A DNA stretch of 62,698 nucleotides, filler included, from Pseudomonadota bacterium (GTDB lineage Bacteria > Desulfobacterota > Desulfobacteria > Desulfobacterales > JBDRRP01): the NCBI GenBank assembly GCA_043825735.1. It is 4 parts of 4 records of this genome, joined end to end, with 100 filler letters (N's around TTAATTAATTAA, not from the genome) between each part and the next. Parts side by side here need not be neighbours in the genome. Positions count along the whole stretch, not along the records: positions 1 to 24,252 come from JBDRRP010000059.1; positions 24,353 to 45,407 come from JBDRRP010000060.1; 2 more parts are not named here. One strand, given 5' to 3'. A program made the position numbers and the translations under genes. Below the pieces are notes generated by a model. The model made no database searches. It was not told the DNA's origin and was given only the letters and a program-made list of their open reading frames with translations. This document shows positions 17,896-27,908 of the stretch, piece after piece. Numbering within the stretch: the stretch's first letter is position 1; each line of letters begins with the position of its first letter.

Positions 17896-18317
17896 GATGA
17901 TGTTTTCACAAGCGGCGTTGCATCCGCCATGGGGGAAAACCCGAGCCGGGTGTAAAAGGCCTCAGAGTGGCGCTCCGCGATTAGTCCAATCCAGCCGAGC
18001 CCATCGGCTTCCAGGCGCTCGGCCACTGCCGATACGATGGCCGTTCCGACGCCCTTGCCGCGGCAGTCGCGGCTGACTGCCACATCCTGGATATAGGCAT
18101 CGCTAAACCGGTCGCTGATGGCGCGGCCCATGCCGATAATTCGCCCGTTCATGTCTGCGACGGCGAAGCAGTGGCTGCCGTTGATGATGCCGGACAGGCG
18201 AAACGCGTCCTGATCGCTGCTCTCGTCCGGATACCACCAGCCTTCAGCCCGGTAAAGGGAAACGATCTGGTCTTTTTCCACACCGCTGGCTGAGTCTATG
18301 AATCGGATGATCGGCAT
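17892..18317 (-). CDS. GNAT-family N-acetyltransferase
   Basis: IQDVAV...RGKGVG, FYTRLGF; start reset to ATG 18317. Confidence 0.88.
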   Translation of the reverse strand: MPIIRFIDSASGVEKDQIVSLYRAEGWWYPDESSDQDAFRLSGIINGSHCFAVADMNGRIIGMGRAISDRFSDAYIQDVAVSRDCRGKGVGTAIVSAVAERLEADGLGWIGLIAERHSEAFYTRLGFSPMADATPLVKTSS

Positions 18318-18339
18318 AACAGAAACTGGCGAGGGCGGG

Positions 18340-19299
18340 TCAATAGTTGGCCACCAACGAAGAGACGCGGTTTCGGCCGTTTTCCTTTGAAACGTACATG
18401 GCTTTGTCTGCCCGCTGGACAAACTCCGTGACTGCTTCTCCGGGATGGTACTCGGTAACACCGATACTGATGGTGATGCGGATGCTTTCGTTCGGTGTCG
18501 GGTTAAATCTTTCGGCCTCCAGCGCCGTACGGATACGCTGGGCCACGTTAAGGGCCTCCTCACCACTGGTCTCCGGCAAGATGATGGTGAACTCCTCGCC
18601 TCCGTAGCGGTAGGCCGAATCCATGGAGCGCAGGCAGAACTGGATGACTTCGCCGATACGCACCAGCACCTTGTCCCCCTCGAGGTGACCGTAGGTGTCG
18701 TTGTAATTCTTAAAATGGTCCAAATCCAGCAACAGCAAGGCGAGCAGGTGCTGATATCGGCGGCTTCGCCCGATTTCGACTTCGAGCTGGTTGTAGAAGT
18801 GCCGTGAGTTGTAAAGCTTGGTCAGGCCGTCGGTGATGGCCAGATTCTGCAGCTTATCGAGCATCCGGGCTTTTTCCCGCGTCAGGCGTCTTTCTTTAAG
18901 CACGCGCCTGAGGCGCAGCAGCAATTCTTCAAAACGAACCGGTTTGAAAACGAAATCGCTGGCGCCCTTCTGGATGGCTTCCTCGTAGGAATAATCACCG
19001 CTGTAACCGGTCATCACGATGACATCGATATCATAGTTATTTTTGATGATATCGGTAAGCTCCAAGCCGTCCTTGCCGGGGAGGATGATATCGGTGATGA
19101 CCACATGGATCTCTTCCTTGTGGAGCAACTCAAGCGCTTCTTCGGCACTGGCAGCGGAAAAGGCATTGAACCCCGAACGCCGAATGAACTCGTTCATGGA
19201 ATCACGGATCGCGTCGTCATCGTCCACGATGAGGATGGGATCTCCGGTCTCTCCGTTGGTTGAATCAGCGGCGTCGGCTTTTGTGGCTCTCGGATTCAT
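18340..19299 (-). CDS. Response regulator diguanylate cyclase (REC-GGDEF)
   Basis: Receiver domain plus RYGGEEF with an RxxD I-site. Confidence 0.95.
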   Translation of the reverse strand: MNPRATKADAADSTNGETGDPILIVDDDDAIRDSMNEFIRRSGFNAFSAASAEEALELLHKEEIHVVITDIILPGKDGLELTDIIKNNYDIDVIVMTGYSGDYSYEEAIQKGASDFVFKPVRFEELLLRLRRVLKERRLTREKARMLDKLQNLAITDGLTKLYNSRHFYNQLEVEIGRSRRYQHLLALLLLDLDHFKNYNDTYGHLEGDKVLVRIGEVIQFCLRSMDSAYRYGGEEFTIILPETSGEEALNVAQRIRTALEAERFNPTPNESIRITISIGVTEYHPGEAVTEFVQRADKAMYVSKENGRNRVSSLVANY

Positions 19300-19599
19300 G
19301 CCATTCCAGAGTTGACAGGGTGAAAACCAATTTGGTAGTTATCCTGTTTTCGTTAAATATCGGGTGACTATACTCTCAAACCGGTATAGTGTCAACCAAC
19401 GCTGACAGCGCTAAAGCCACTGAATCACGTGCCAAAGCGACTTCAATGGTGCATTATGCAGCGGGCATGCGCCGAGTGTTGACGGTGCGCGCAAACACCG
19501 TCCCACTGAGCCGGTGTCTATTACCTGCGGCCCCCAATGGGGTCTCAGAAACAACCGTTATCGTTTCACATGTAACGCTTAAGGTTTATAACTCATTTT

Positions 19600-21396
19600 A
19601 TGAATAACATCCGCAATTTTAGTATCATCGCCCACATCGACCATGGCAAGTCCACCCTCTCGGACCGCCTCATTCAGCACACCCATATCGTTTCCGACCG
19701 CGACTTCAAGAACCAGATCCTTGACAGCATGGACATCGAACGCGAGCGGGGCATCACCATCAAAAGCCAAACCGTGATGCTGCCCTACACGGCGGCCGAT
19801 GGCCGGGAGTACCTGCTGAACCTCATTGACACTCCGGGGCACGTGGATTTCAGCTACGAGGTGTCACGGGCGCTGGCTTCCTGTGAAGGGGCGCTGCTGC
19901 TGGTGGACGCCAGCCAGGGCGTGGAAGCCCAGACCCTGGCCAATCTTTACCTCGCGCTGGAGCACAATCTGGACGTCATCCCGGTCATCAACAAGATCGA
20001 TCTGCCGTCGGCGGATATCGACCGGGTGAGATCGGAAATCGAGGAAGAACTGGGACTCGATGCCGCTGGGGCCATCCTCACGTCGGCCAAAGAGGGCATC
20101 GGGATCACGGATATCCTGGAGGCGGTGGTCAACAGGCTGCCGGCACCCGCCGGCGATCCGGAAGCCCCGCTGCGTTGCCTGATCTTTGACAGCCATTATG
20201 ATGCCTTCAGGGGCACCATCGTTCATTTCCGCGTCTTCGACGGCCGCATTCGCGCCGGTGACCGCGTAAGGTTCATGTACAACAACACCGTACACAAAGT
20301 GGAAGAGGTCGGTGTCTTCCAGATCGCCCGAATTCCCAAAAAATCGTTGGAAGCCGGCGAAGTGGGCTATCTCATCGCCGGGATAAAAACCGTCAGCGAC
20401 ACCCGCTGCGGCGATACCATCACTCACCAGGACAGGCCCTGTGCAACGCCCAAGTCCGGGTTCAAGGAGGCCAAGCCGGTGGTGTTTTCATCCATCTACC
20501 CCGTCGCCTCCGACGAGTACGAAGACCTGGCCGTCGGTCTGGAAAAGCTCAAACTCAACGACGCCTCACTGATCTATGAAAAAGATTCATCGGCGGCGCT
20601 GGGCTTCGGGTTTCGCTGCGGGTTTCTCGGGCTGCTGCACCTGGAGGTCGTGCAGGAACGCCTTGAGCGGGAATACGACCTGTCGCTGATCCTGACGGCG
20701 CCGTCGGTGCGCTACATCATCGGTCTTCAGGACGGCACCGAAACAATCATCGACAACCCCGCCCTCTACCCGGACCCCTCCCTTATCGCCTATACCAAGG
20801 AGCCCTTCATCAGGGCGGCCATCATGGTGCCGGACCGCTATATGGGCGCAGTGATGAAGCTTTGTCTGGACCGGCGCGGAATCAATAAAAATTACCAGTA
20901 CCTTGGCGGCAGCCGGCTTGAGATGATCTTTGAGCTTCCCCTGGCGGAAGTCATCTACGACTTTTACGACAGGCTCAAGTCCGTCACCCAGGGCTACGGC
21001 TCCTTTGACTATGACATCATCGACTACCGCGATACCGACATGGTTCGGGTCGACATCCTCATCAACGGCGAAAAAGTGGACGCCCTGAGTATGCTGGTCC
21101 ACCGTGAACGCTCAGTGGAGCGCGCCCGCCATGCGTGCGAAAAACTTAAAGAAGAGATCCCCCGGCAGATGTTTAAGATCGCCATCCAGGGGGCCATTGG
21201 TGGCCAGATCATCTCCCGCACCACCGTGTCGCCGTTTCGAAAAGACGTCACTGCCAAATGCTACGGCGGGGATATCACCCGAAAGCGCAAATTGCTGGAA
21301 AAGCAAAAACGCGGCAAGAAACGGATGAAGATGGTCGGCCAGGTGGAAATCCCGCAATCGGCCTTTCTTTCGGTATTGAAAACCGATACGGATTAA
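19600..21396 (+). CDS. lepA: Translation elongation factor 4
   Basis: AHIDHGKST, DTPGH, NKID and LepA C-terminal motif. Confidence 0.99.
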   Translation: MNNIRNFSIIAHIDHGKSTLSDRLIQHTHIVSDRDFKNQILDSMDIERERGITIKSQTVMLPYTAADGREYLLNLIDTPGHVDFSYEVSRALASCEGALLLVDASQGVEAQTLANLYLALEHNLDVIPVINKIDLPSADIDRVRSEIEEELGLDAAGAILTSAKEGIGITDILEAVVNRLPAPAGDPEAPLRCLIFDSHYDAFRGTIVHFRVFDGRIRAGDRVRFMYNNTVHKVEEVGVFQIARIPKKSLEAGEVGYLIAGIKTVSDTRCGDTITHQDRPCATPKSGFKEAKPVVFSSIYPVASDEYEDLAVGLEKLKLNDASLIYEKDSSAALGFGFRCGFLGLLHLEVVQERLEREYDLSLILTAPSVRYIIGLQDGTETIIDNPALYPDPSLIAYTKEPFIRAAIMVPDRYMGAVMKLCLDRRGINKNYQYLGGSRLEMIFELPLAEVIYDFYDRLKSVTQGYGSFDYDIIDYRDTDMVRVDILINGEKVDALSMLVHRERSVERARHACEKLKEEIPRQMFKIAIQGAIGGQIISRTTVSPFRKDVTAKCYGGDITRKRKLLEKQKRGKKRMKMVGQVEIPQSAFLSVLKTDTD

Positions 21397-21402
21397 AGCG
21401 GC

Positions 21403-21585
21403 AGGGTTCAAGGGTTCGAGGGGCCAAGGGGTCGAGGGAAAACGACATCAACGGCAAAAACCGCCAGAAGTATATGCCGGACCGGATTGAGGGTGTTGGT
21501 GTTGCCGTTCACTTGACCCCTTGACCCCTCGAACCCTTGGCCCCTTGGCCCCTTGGCCCCTTGAACCCTTGAATTCTTGAATCCT
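21403..21585. repeat. Inverted arrays of an 8-bp tandem repeat
   Basis: (GGGTTCAA-type)n at 21403-21438 and complementary (CCCCTTGR)n at 21511-21585. Confidence 0.8.
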
Positions 21586-21618
21586 TTGCAAACTCAAACA
21601 GTCAACAGGCAAATAGTT

Positions 21619-22905
21619 ATGAGCCTTACCATCGCACAGAAAATCTTCGACGCCCACCGGGTGGACTCCCCGGCCGATGGCATCGATGTCATTCGCCTTG
21701 ACGCCGTCTTCTGTCATGAAATCACCACCCCCATAGCCATCAACGATCTGGTGGCCCGCGGCAAGGACAGGGTCTTCGATGCCAACCGCATCAAAGCAGT
21801 CATCGATCACGTGACACCGGCCAAGGATTCAAAGACGGCGCTCCAGGGAAAGATCCTCCGCCAGTGGGCACGCCGCCACGGGATCGCTGATTTTTTCGAC
21901 ATCGGTCAAAACGGCATCTGTCATGCCCTGTTTCCGGAAAAGGGATTCGTGAGGCCGGGCTACACCATTATTATGGGCGACTCCCACACCTGCACCCACG
22001 GCGCTTTCGGGGCATTCGCCGCTGGCGTCGGAACCACGGACCTGGAGGTCGGCATTCTCAAGGGGGTGTGCGCCTTTCACTGCCCGGAGACCTTGCTGGT
22101 GAGCATCACCGGCACCTTGCGCGCGGGCGTATTTGCCAAGGATGTCATCCTTTCGGTGATCGGTCGCATCGGGGTGGGCGGCGCCACCAACCGGGTCATC
22201 GAATTCGCCGGTCCGGTGGTGGCCGCCATGAGCATGGAAGAGCGCATGACACTGTGCAACATGGCCATTGAAGCCGGCGGCACCTGCGGCATCTGCGCTG
22301 CGGATGCCACCACGGTGGATTACCTGTGGCCATTCATCCACACCGATTTCCCGGACAAAGCCGCGGCGCTGGCCGCCTACCGGGAGTTTGCCCCGGATAC
22401 CGATGCCGCCTACGTCGATGTCATTGAGCACGATATCAGTGCGCTGACACCGGTCACGACCTTTGGAACCAAACCCGACCAGGTCAAACCGGTTGCTGAA
22501 ATGGCCGGCACACCCGTCGACCAGATCTACATCGGCTCGTGCACCAACGGCCGGCTCAGCGACCTGCGGATCGCCGCTCAGGTAATCCGCGGCAAGACGA
22601 TCGCCCCGACACTGCGGGCCATCGTCTCGCCCGCCACACCGAAAGTATTTCGGGAGGCGCTTGCCGAAGGCCTCATCGCCGACTTCATGAATGCCGGCTT
22701 TTGCGTAACTAACCCCACCTGCGGGGCCTGCCTTGGGATGAGCAACGGGGTTCTGGCCGAAGGCGAAGTCTGCGCAGCCACCACCAACCGCAACTTCAAC
22801 GGCCGTATGGGCAAAGGCGGCACGGTGCATCTGATGAGCCCGGCCACGGCGGCGGCCACGGCCCTGGCCGGTCACATCGCCAATTCGGATCTTTTTACAG
22901 AATGA
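21619..22905 (+). CDS. leuC: 3-isopropylmalate dehydratase large subunit (aconitase family)
   Basis: DSHT, IGSCTNGR, CGACLG, NRNFNGRMG motifs. Confidence 0.88.
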   Translation: MSLTIAQKIFDAHRVDSPADGIDVIRLDAVFCHEITTPIAINDLVARGKDRVFDANRIKAVIDHVTPAKDSKTALQGKILRQWARRHGIADFFDIGQNGICHALFPEKGFVRPGYTIIMGDSHTCTHGAFGAFAAGVGTTDLEVGILKGVCAFHCPETLLVSITGTLRAGVFAKDVILSVIGRIGVGGATNRVIEFAGPVVAAMSMEERMTLCNMAIEAGGTCGICAADATTVDYLWPFIHTDFPDKAAALAAYREFAPDTDAAYVDVIEHDISALTPVTTFGTKPDQVKPVAEMAGTPVDQIYIGSCTNGRLSDLRIAAQVIRGKTIAPTLRAIVSPATPKVFREALAEGLIADFMNAGFCVTNPTCGACLGMSNGVLAEGEVCAATTNRNFNGRMGKGGTVHLMSPATAAATALAGHIANSDLFTE

Positions 22906-22953
22906 TTCCGCTGCTATTGGGGCCGGCAGCGGTTGAGCGTACCGATGTGATAT

Positions 22954-23097
22954 TCACCACGAAGCGCACGAAGGCCACGAAGAAAGCCGTGAATTAAGAC
23001 CACCATGGGAAGACACGAAACATGTCTTACCGACAGGGGCACGCAGCATCAGTGTTTTTCTTTTTCTGCCTTCGTGCTCTTCGTGATCTTCGTGGTT
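22954..23097. repeat. Palindromic intergenic repeat (CACGAAG core)
   Basis: CACCACGAAGCGCACGAAGGCCACGAAG ... CTTCGTG x3; second copy at 27484-27574. Confidence 0.75.
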
Positions 23098-23165
23098 CAA
23101 TCGCTTTTTTTGCAACCGGCCTGTATCAGCGAGTACAGGCGCGAATGTGACCGAGAGGAGAATTC

Positions 23166-23690
23166 ATGAAATCATTTGACGGCGCCGTTCTGTTTCTGGA
23201 CCGGGCCGACATCAATACCGACGAAATCATACCGGCCAAGTATCTCAACGAAAACGCCAAAGAGGATCTCAAACCATTTCTTCTGGAAGACCTCTCGCTG
23301 GAAGAGTTCGATCCGGCCCTTGACTGCCCTGGCAAACGCGTCATTGTCAGCCGTGAGAACTTCGGGTGCGGCTCATCGCGGGAGCATGCCGCCTGGGTGT
23401 TTGAAGTCAACGACATTAACCTGGTCATCGGGATAAGCTTTGCCCGAATTTTCCGCCAGAACATGTTTAACTGCGGCATGATGGCCGTTGCATTGCCCCC
23501 TGAAGACATCGATCTGATTTTTCGACGCTTCGGCGGCTGCGCCACCCACGTCACCACGGATATGCACGCCGGGCAGTTCACCTTCAAGACCGACGGCGAC
23601 ACCCTGACGGTGCCCTTCACCATCGGCGACTTTGACCGTATCCTGGTGGAATCCGGCGGCTGGGTCAACTACGCTGACGCGAACTACTGA
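23166..23690 (+). CDS. leuD: 3-isopropylmalate dehydratase small subunit
   Basis: DINTDEIIP, NFGCGSSREHA, SFARIF motifs. Confidence 0.9.
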   Translation: MKSFDGAVLFLDRADINTDEIIPAKYLNENAKEDLKPFLLEDLSLEEFDPALDCPGKRVIVSRENFGCGSSREHAAWVFEVNDINLVIGISFARIFRQNMFNCGMMAVALPPEDIDLIFRRFGGCATHVTTDMHAGQFTFKTDGDTLTVPFTIGDFDRILVESGGWVNYADANY

Positions 23691-23704
23691 TCACCGCGGA
23701 TTTT

Positions 23705-24160
23705 GAGAACGGGCGGCCTACGGCCGGGAACTGCCAGACGACAGATGACAGAAACTGCAACTGCAAAATGGGACGCCGATGACCGCAGATAAACGCTGAT
23801 AGGGATTAGCGGCCTGAGGCCGAAGGGCAACGGCAACAGCGAATTAACCGCAGATTACGCGGATGACGCAGATGGGCGGCCTGCGGCCGAAAAAGCAACG
23901 GCAAAGGGCATTTCACCACAGAGAAACGGAGAACACGGAGAAAAGCAGGTTTTGTGCGCTTTGCGCGGAACAGCAACAACGGTCTCTCGCGGAGTCCGCA
24001 GAGAGCGCAGGGGAAAAACAATTTTACGCGCTGCGCGATGAAGGGCAAAATGGGACGCGGATGAACGCAGATAAACGCCGATAGGGATGGGCGGCCTGCG
24101 GCCTAAAGGCTACTGCAAAAAAATATTTGGCACGGGTTGCACGGATTACACGGATGAAGG
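23705..24160. repeat. Mosaic of short repeat modules
   Basis: Recurrent GGCGGCCTRCGGCC, CGCAGAT triplets, and a duplicated AAAATGGGACGC.GATGA.CGCAGATAAACGC.GATAGGGAT; reverse-complement relatives at 59200-59385. Confidence 0.7.
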
Positions 24161-24252
24161 CCGCGACACCAAGAGCCAAGAGCTAAAAAAACTGTGGTGG
24201 TGGGGGGGGGGGGGGGCCCCCCCCGGTGTTTTGTGTATTACAGGGCAGGACA

Positions 24253-24352
24253 NNNNNNNNNNNNNNNNNNNNNNNNNNNNNNNNNNNNNNNNNNNNTTAA
24301 TTAATTAANNNNNNNNNNNNNNNNNNNNNNNNNNNNNNNNNNNNNNNNNNNN
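24253..24352. other. Assembly linker (contig join)
   Basis: N run + TTAATTAATTAA + N run. Confidence 0.99.
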
Positions 24353-24928
24353 GGTGTTGATGTAAGCGCCGTCATTGATCTGCTGGATCCGGGTCACCCG
24401 GCCCAGGCTATCACGAATGTACTCGGTTGCCTTCGACAGCGCATCGATGACCATGCTCACGTTGCCGTCGGCGTCGTAGCGGTATTCCACGAAGGAGTTG
24501 TCGGCGTTGATCTCCTTGTAGAGAAGACCCGGCACCGCGCCGGTGTATTCGTAAACCCGGCTGCTGCTCACCGCGCCCTCGGGATCCAAATAGCTCTTCT
24601 GGGTGAGATCGCCCTGCGCGTTGTAGGTGTGGAAGATGGCGTTGCTGCGGTGATCCACGATCTTGTCCAGCCGGCCGTAAACGTCCTCGTAGATGAAGTT
24701 GCGGGTGATACCGTCTTCATCGATGGTCGTCTCCTGAAGGCCGGCCGCGTTGTAGTAAATATTCTTTACCGAGCCGTCGGCCGTGTTGGTGATCTGCGTG
24801 AGCCGACCTGTTTTGTCGTAATCCAACTCAGTGGTGCGGCCGTTGACATCGGTGACACTGCCCACATTGCCGGCGGCATCGTGCCCGGCAAAGGTGGTGG
24901 TGCCCACCACGGGCCGGGTGATGGACAT
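24353..24928 (-). CDS. RHS/YD-repeat protein fragment (cut by the gap)
   Basis: YDxxGRL / YDADGNV repeats; the ORF begins directly within the repeat region. Confidence 0.8.
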
Positions 24929-25113
24929 TAATTGTCAGAAATGAAAAAAATGGCGGTGTGGATCCCACAGGTGGCTGGGCAACCGGTGCGATGGGGAGTA
25001 ACATCACCCTAAAATTTCTGTCAACAATTAAATTTTAGGGCGACTATAATACCTGCATAGACGAATTTCTCTTTTTTATGTCATCCCGGCAAAAGCCAGC
25101 AGTCTCGGCGGGC

Positions 25114-25704
25114 TTACCACAGCTTCAACTCGGCATGCCGAAAGCAGTCCGTCAGGTGGTCGTTGACCATACCCACGGCCTGCATGAACGCGTAACAGAT
25201 GGTGGGACCAACGAAACGGAATCCGCGGGATTTCAGATCCTTGCTCATGGCCAGGCTCTCAGCCGTCTGGGCCGGGACCGCATCCTGACGGGTCCAATGG
25301 TTATGGCGAGTCCGGCCGTCCACAAATTGCCAGATATATCTGTCGAAGCTGCCGAAGGCGGTCTGCACTTCCAGAAACCGCCGGGCATTGGACACCGCCG
25401 AAGTAATCTTGAGTCGGTTTCTGACGATACCGGGATTGGACATCAAAGCGTCGATCTGACGCGCATCGAAGGCCGCCACCGCATCCGGCCGAAACCGCGC
25501 GAATGCCAGGCGATAAGCCTCACGCTTTTTTAAAATGGTGATCCAGCTCAACCCGGCCTGGGCACCCTCTAAAATCAGAAACTCAAACAGGCGCCGGTCG
25601 TCATGAACGGCAACGCCCCATTCCCTGTCGTGGTAGGCCACGTAGAGCGGGTCATCCCCGGCCCAGGGGCAGCGGTGTTTCAGGTCATTGGCATTCATGG
25701 GCAA
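25114..25704 (-). CDS. tag: DNA-3-methyladenine glycosylase I
   Basis: RCPWA, YHDREWG, QAGLSW, GMVNDH...C motifs. Confidence 0.96.
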   Translation of the reverse strand: MPMNANDLKHRCPWAGDDPLYVAYHDREWGVAVHDDRRLFEFLILEGAQAGLSWITILKKREAYRLAFARFRPDAVAAFDARQIDALMSNPGIVRNRLKITSAVSNARRFLEVQTAFGSFDRYIWQFVDGRTRHNHWTRQDAVPAQTAESLAMSKDLKSRGFRFVGPTICYAFMQAVGMVNDHLTDCFRHAELKLW

Positions 25705-25840
25705 ACCTCATCAACTGGGACGCCGTCACCGGTGGACTTCACCGGCAAATGCATATAAAGGGAACATTACCCTGTGCCTAAAGTCAAGGAGTAATATAGA
25801 TAACCATCTATAATTGCATTGAAAATATGTTTTTTAGTCT

Positions 25841-26956
25841 TTGAGAACGCCTCACCGCGAAGCCGCGGCGGCTGCGCCGGAAATGGAATCCGCCGACATG
25901 GACGAATGGCAGCGCCAGATCACCGAGAGTATAACCACGAGCGCGGGGCTGACCCGGTATTTTCCGATTTCCGCACAAGCGGTGGACCCGGTGGCGGCCG
26001 AATATCCAATGCGGATCCCTCCCTACTGGCGCGCGCTCATGCGCGACCCTGACGACCCGTTTTACCGGCAGGCCGTACCCGATGCTATCGAGATGGCCGC
26101 AGGGCCCTGCGGCGCGGACCCGTTCAATGAAGCCGGGTTATCTCCGGCGCCCGGGCTCGTTCACCGATACCCGAACCGGGTATTGCTCCTGGTGACCCGG
26201 CAGTGCGCCATGTTCTGCCGTCACTGTATGCGCAAGCGGCGCACTGCGGATCCGGCGGAATCCTTCGACCCCGAAAGCGCCGTCGCCTATATCCGCTCCC
26301 GGCCCGAAATCCGGGAAGTCATCTTATCGGGCGGTGACCCGCTCATGCTGACCGATGCGCAGCTCGACCGGCTGCTGGCGGCGTTACATCGCGTGGAGCA
26401 TATTGCGGTCCGCCGCATTCATACCCGCATGCCCTGCACCCTGCCACACCGGGTGACGGCGCCCCTGGTTGACATGCTCCGCGGATACGCCCCACTGGTG
26501 GTGGTGACCCAATTCAATCACCCGGCGGAAATCACTCCGATCGCGGCGGCGGCCTGCGCCCGACTGGTGGACGCCGGCATACCCGTACTTTGCCAAACGG
26601 TGCTGCTCAAAGGGATCAACGACGATCCGGAAACACTGGCGCAGCTCATGAACGCGCTTCTGGCCATCCGGGTGCGTCCGTATTACCTTCACCACCCCGA
26701 CCCTGTCCGCGGGGCCCGTCATTTCCGGATCCCGGTTCGTAGCGGACTCGCCATTTACGGTGCGCTGCGCCGCCAGGTCTCGGGCATCGGTCTTCCCCAG
26801 TATGTGATGGACATCCCCGGTACGGACGGCAAGGTGCCGCTGCTGCCCGACTATGTCGCGCTCGCCGGTGACGGCGCCCTGATCGTTGTGCGTGCGGACG
26901 GTACGAAAACCACCATCCCGCTGGATGAATCAGAACCGGAGACAATGGGTGATTGA
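25841..26956 (+). CDS. KamA-family radical SAM aminomutase (lysine 2,3-aminomutase/EpmB-like)
   Basis: HRYPNR, CAMFCRHCMRKR, SGGDPL, GKVP motifs; start uncertain. Confidence 0.9.
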   Translation: MRTPHREAAAAAPEMESADMDEWQRQITESITTSAGLTRYFPISAQAVDPVAAEYPMRIPPYWRALMRDPDDPFYRQAVPDAIEMAAGPCGADPFNEAGLSPAPGLVHRYPNRVLLLVTRQCAMFCRHCMRKRRTADPAESFDPESAVAYIRSRPEIREVILSGGDPLMLTDAQLDRLLAALHRVEHIAVRRIHTRMPCTLPHRVTAPLVDMLRGYAPLVVVTQFNHPAEITPIAAAACARLVDAGIPVLCQTVLLKGINDDPETLAQLMNALLAIRVRPYYLHHPDPVRGARHFRIPVRSGLAIYGALRRQVSGIGLPQYVMDIPGTDGKVPLLPDYVALAGDGALIVVRADGTKTTIPLDESEPETMGD

Positions 26957-27416
26957 TCGCAACGGGGTGAGCGCCGTGGACGGATATGCCGGCAGCGTCG
27001 AAGCACTGCTCATTTCCATCTACGCCCGCCATGGCCAGATAGCGTCCATTCAGAACGCGCCATTCGTGGCGTTCAAGGAGTTGCCGGACAGCGGGCCCTA
27101 CGCCGGCGCCTTTGCCCGTCATGCGCAGCAGGCCTTGGCGCCCCATGTGGCGCTCATGGCAAAAAGGATGGATTTTCTGTGCGCGACCCTTGACAGCAGG
27201 GCAGTGAACCGCCCCACGGCAGGCGATGTTGCCTTTACCGTCCGCCCGTTGCCAAAGATTGCCCTGCATTACATCTGCTACCACGCCGACGATGATTTCC
27301 CGGCATCCGTGACCAGCCTGTATTCCCGGAACGCATCGGCGTTCATGCCCACCGATGCCTTGGCCGATGTGGGTGAATACACGGCCAAAGCCATCATCGA
27401 TCGGCTGGAAAAATAG
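26949..27416 (+). CDS. DUF3786-like protein
   Basis: FKELPDS.PY, PLPKI, DDDFPAS, DALADV motifs; overlaps the kamA stop. Confidence 0.7.
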   Translation: MIDRNGVSAVDGYAGSVEALLISIYARHGQIASIQNAPFVAFKELPDSGPYAGAFARHAQQALAPHVALMAKRMDFLCATLDSRAVNRPTAGDVAFTVRPLPKIALHYICYHADDDFPASVTSLYSRNASAFMPTDALADVGEYTAKAIIDRLEK

Positions 27417-27483
27417 AAGCGCTCAAAAGAAATTGCCCGCGGTTGCACAATTCTCAAGCCGACTTTACCCGCGGAACTGCGAG

Positions 27484-27574
27484 TTCACCACGAAGGCCAC
27501 GAAGCGCACGAAGAATATCTTAAAAAACGAGTGCGTTAGAAAACCTTCGTGTCCTTCGTGAACTTCGTGGTGAA
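27484..27574. repeat. Palindromic intergenic repeat (CACGAAG core)
   Basis: TTCACCACGAAG...CTTCGTGGTGAA between convergent genes. Confidence 0.75.
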
Positions 27575-27622
27575 TAAAAAACATCGGGGGCAACGAGGCA
27601 GCGGCGCCGTGCCCGGGCGGCA

Positions 27623-27820
27623 CTAACCGACGATGGTTTTGACCAACACAGCAAGGACGGGGACGGCGACGCTGGCAATGAACAGCAGCCCCTCGTTGGT
27701 TTTCCAGGCTTCAAGAGAGGGCCGGCCCTGCCGCCGCATGTCTGCGTATTTGGATAGGAATCCGAGCCCCATGACCAGCCAGAGCGTCAGTATGGTCACA
27801 ATCATGGTAATGGTGTTCAT
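27623..27820 (-). CDS. Small two-TM membrane protein
   Basis: 65 aa, two hydrophobic helices, GAGG RBS. Confidence 0.65.
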   Translation of the reverse strand: MNTITMIVTILTLWLVMGLGFLSKYADMRRQGRPSLEAWKTNEGLLFIASVAVPVLAVLVKTIVG

Positions 27821-27908
27821 TGCCCGCCTCTTTCTATAACTTGGTGAGGTGAACCGGACATACTATGACAGCCGCTGGTTATCAAGAGCCTGACCGGAAA
27901 ATAACTCC

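Noticed and set aside
18318..18566. N-terminal extensions of track ORFs (GNAT; also 47464-47652, 54567-54719, 55253-55429, 59643-59756)
   Set aside because: They overlap upstream genes; downstream ATGs give normal domain starts and stop/start coupling.
24200..24226. Poly-G/poly-C hairpin or G-quadruplex
   Set aside because: It is at a contig end and is likely low-quality sequence.
24253..24352. TTAATTAATTAA motif and gene adjacency across the three N gaps
   Set aside because: It is an artificial all-frame-stop linker, so neighbourhoods across gaps cannot be interpreted.
25841..27416. KamA radical SAM as maturase for the 43-aa peptides
   Set aside because: It is a PLP-dependent aminomutase type, lacks SPASM/RRE features and lies on a different contig.
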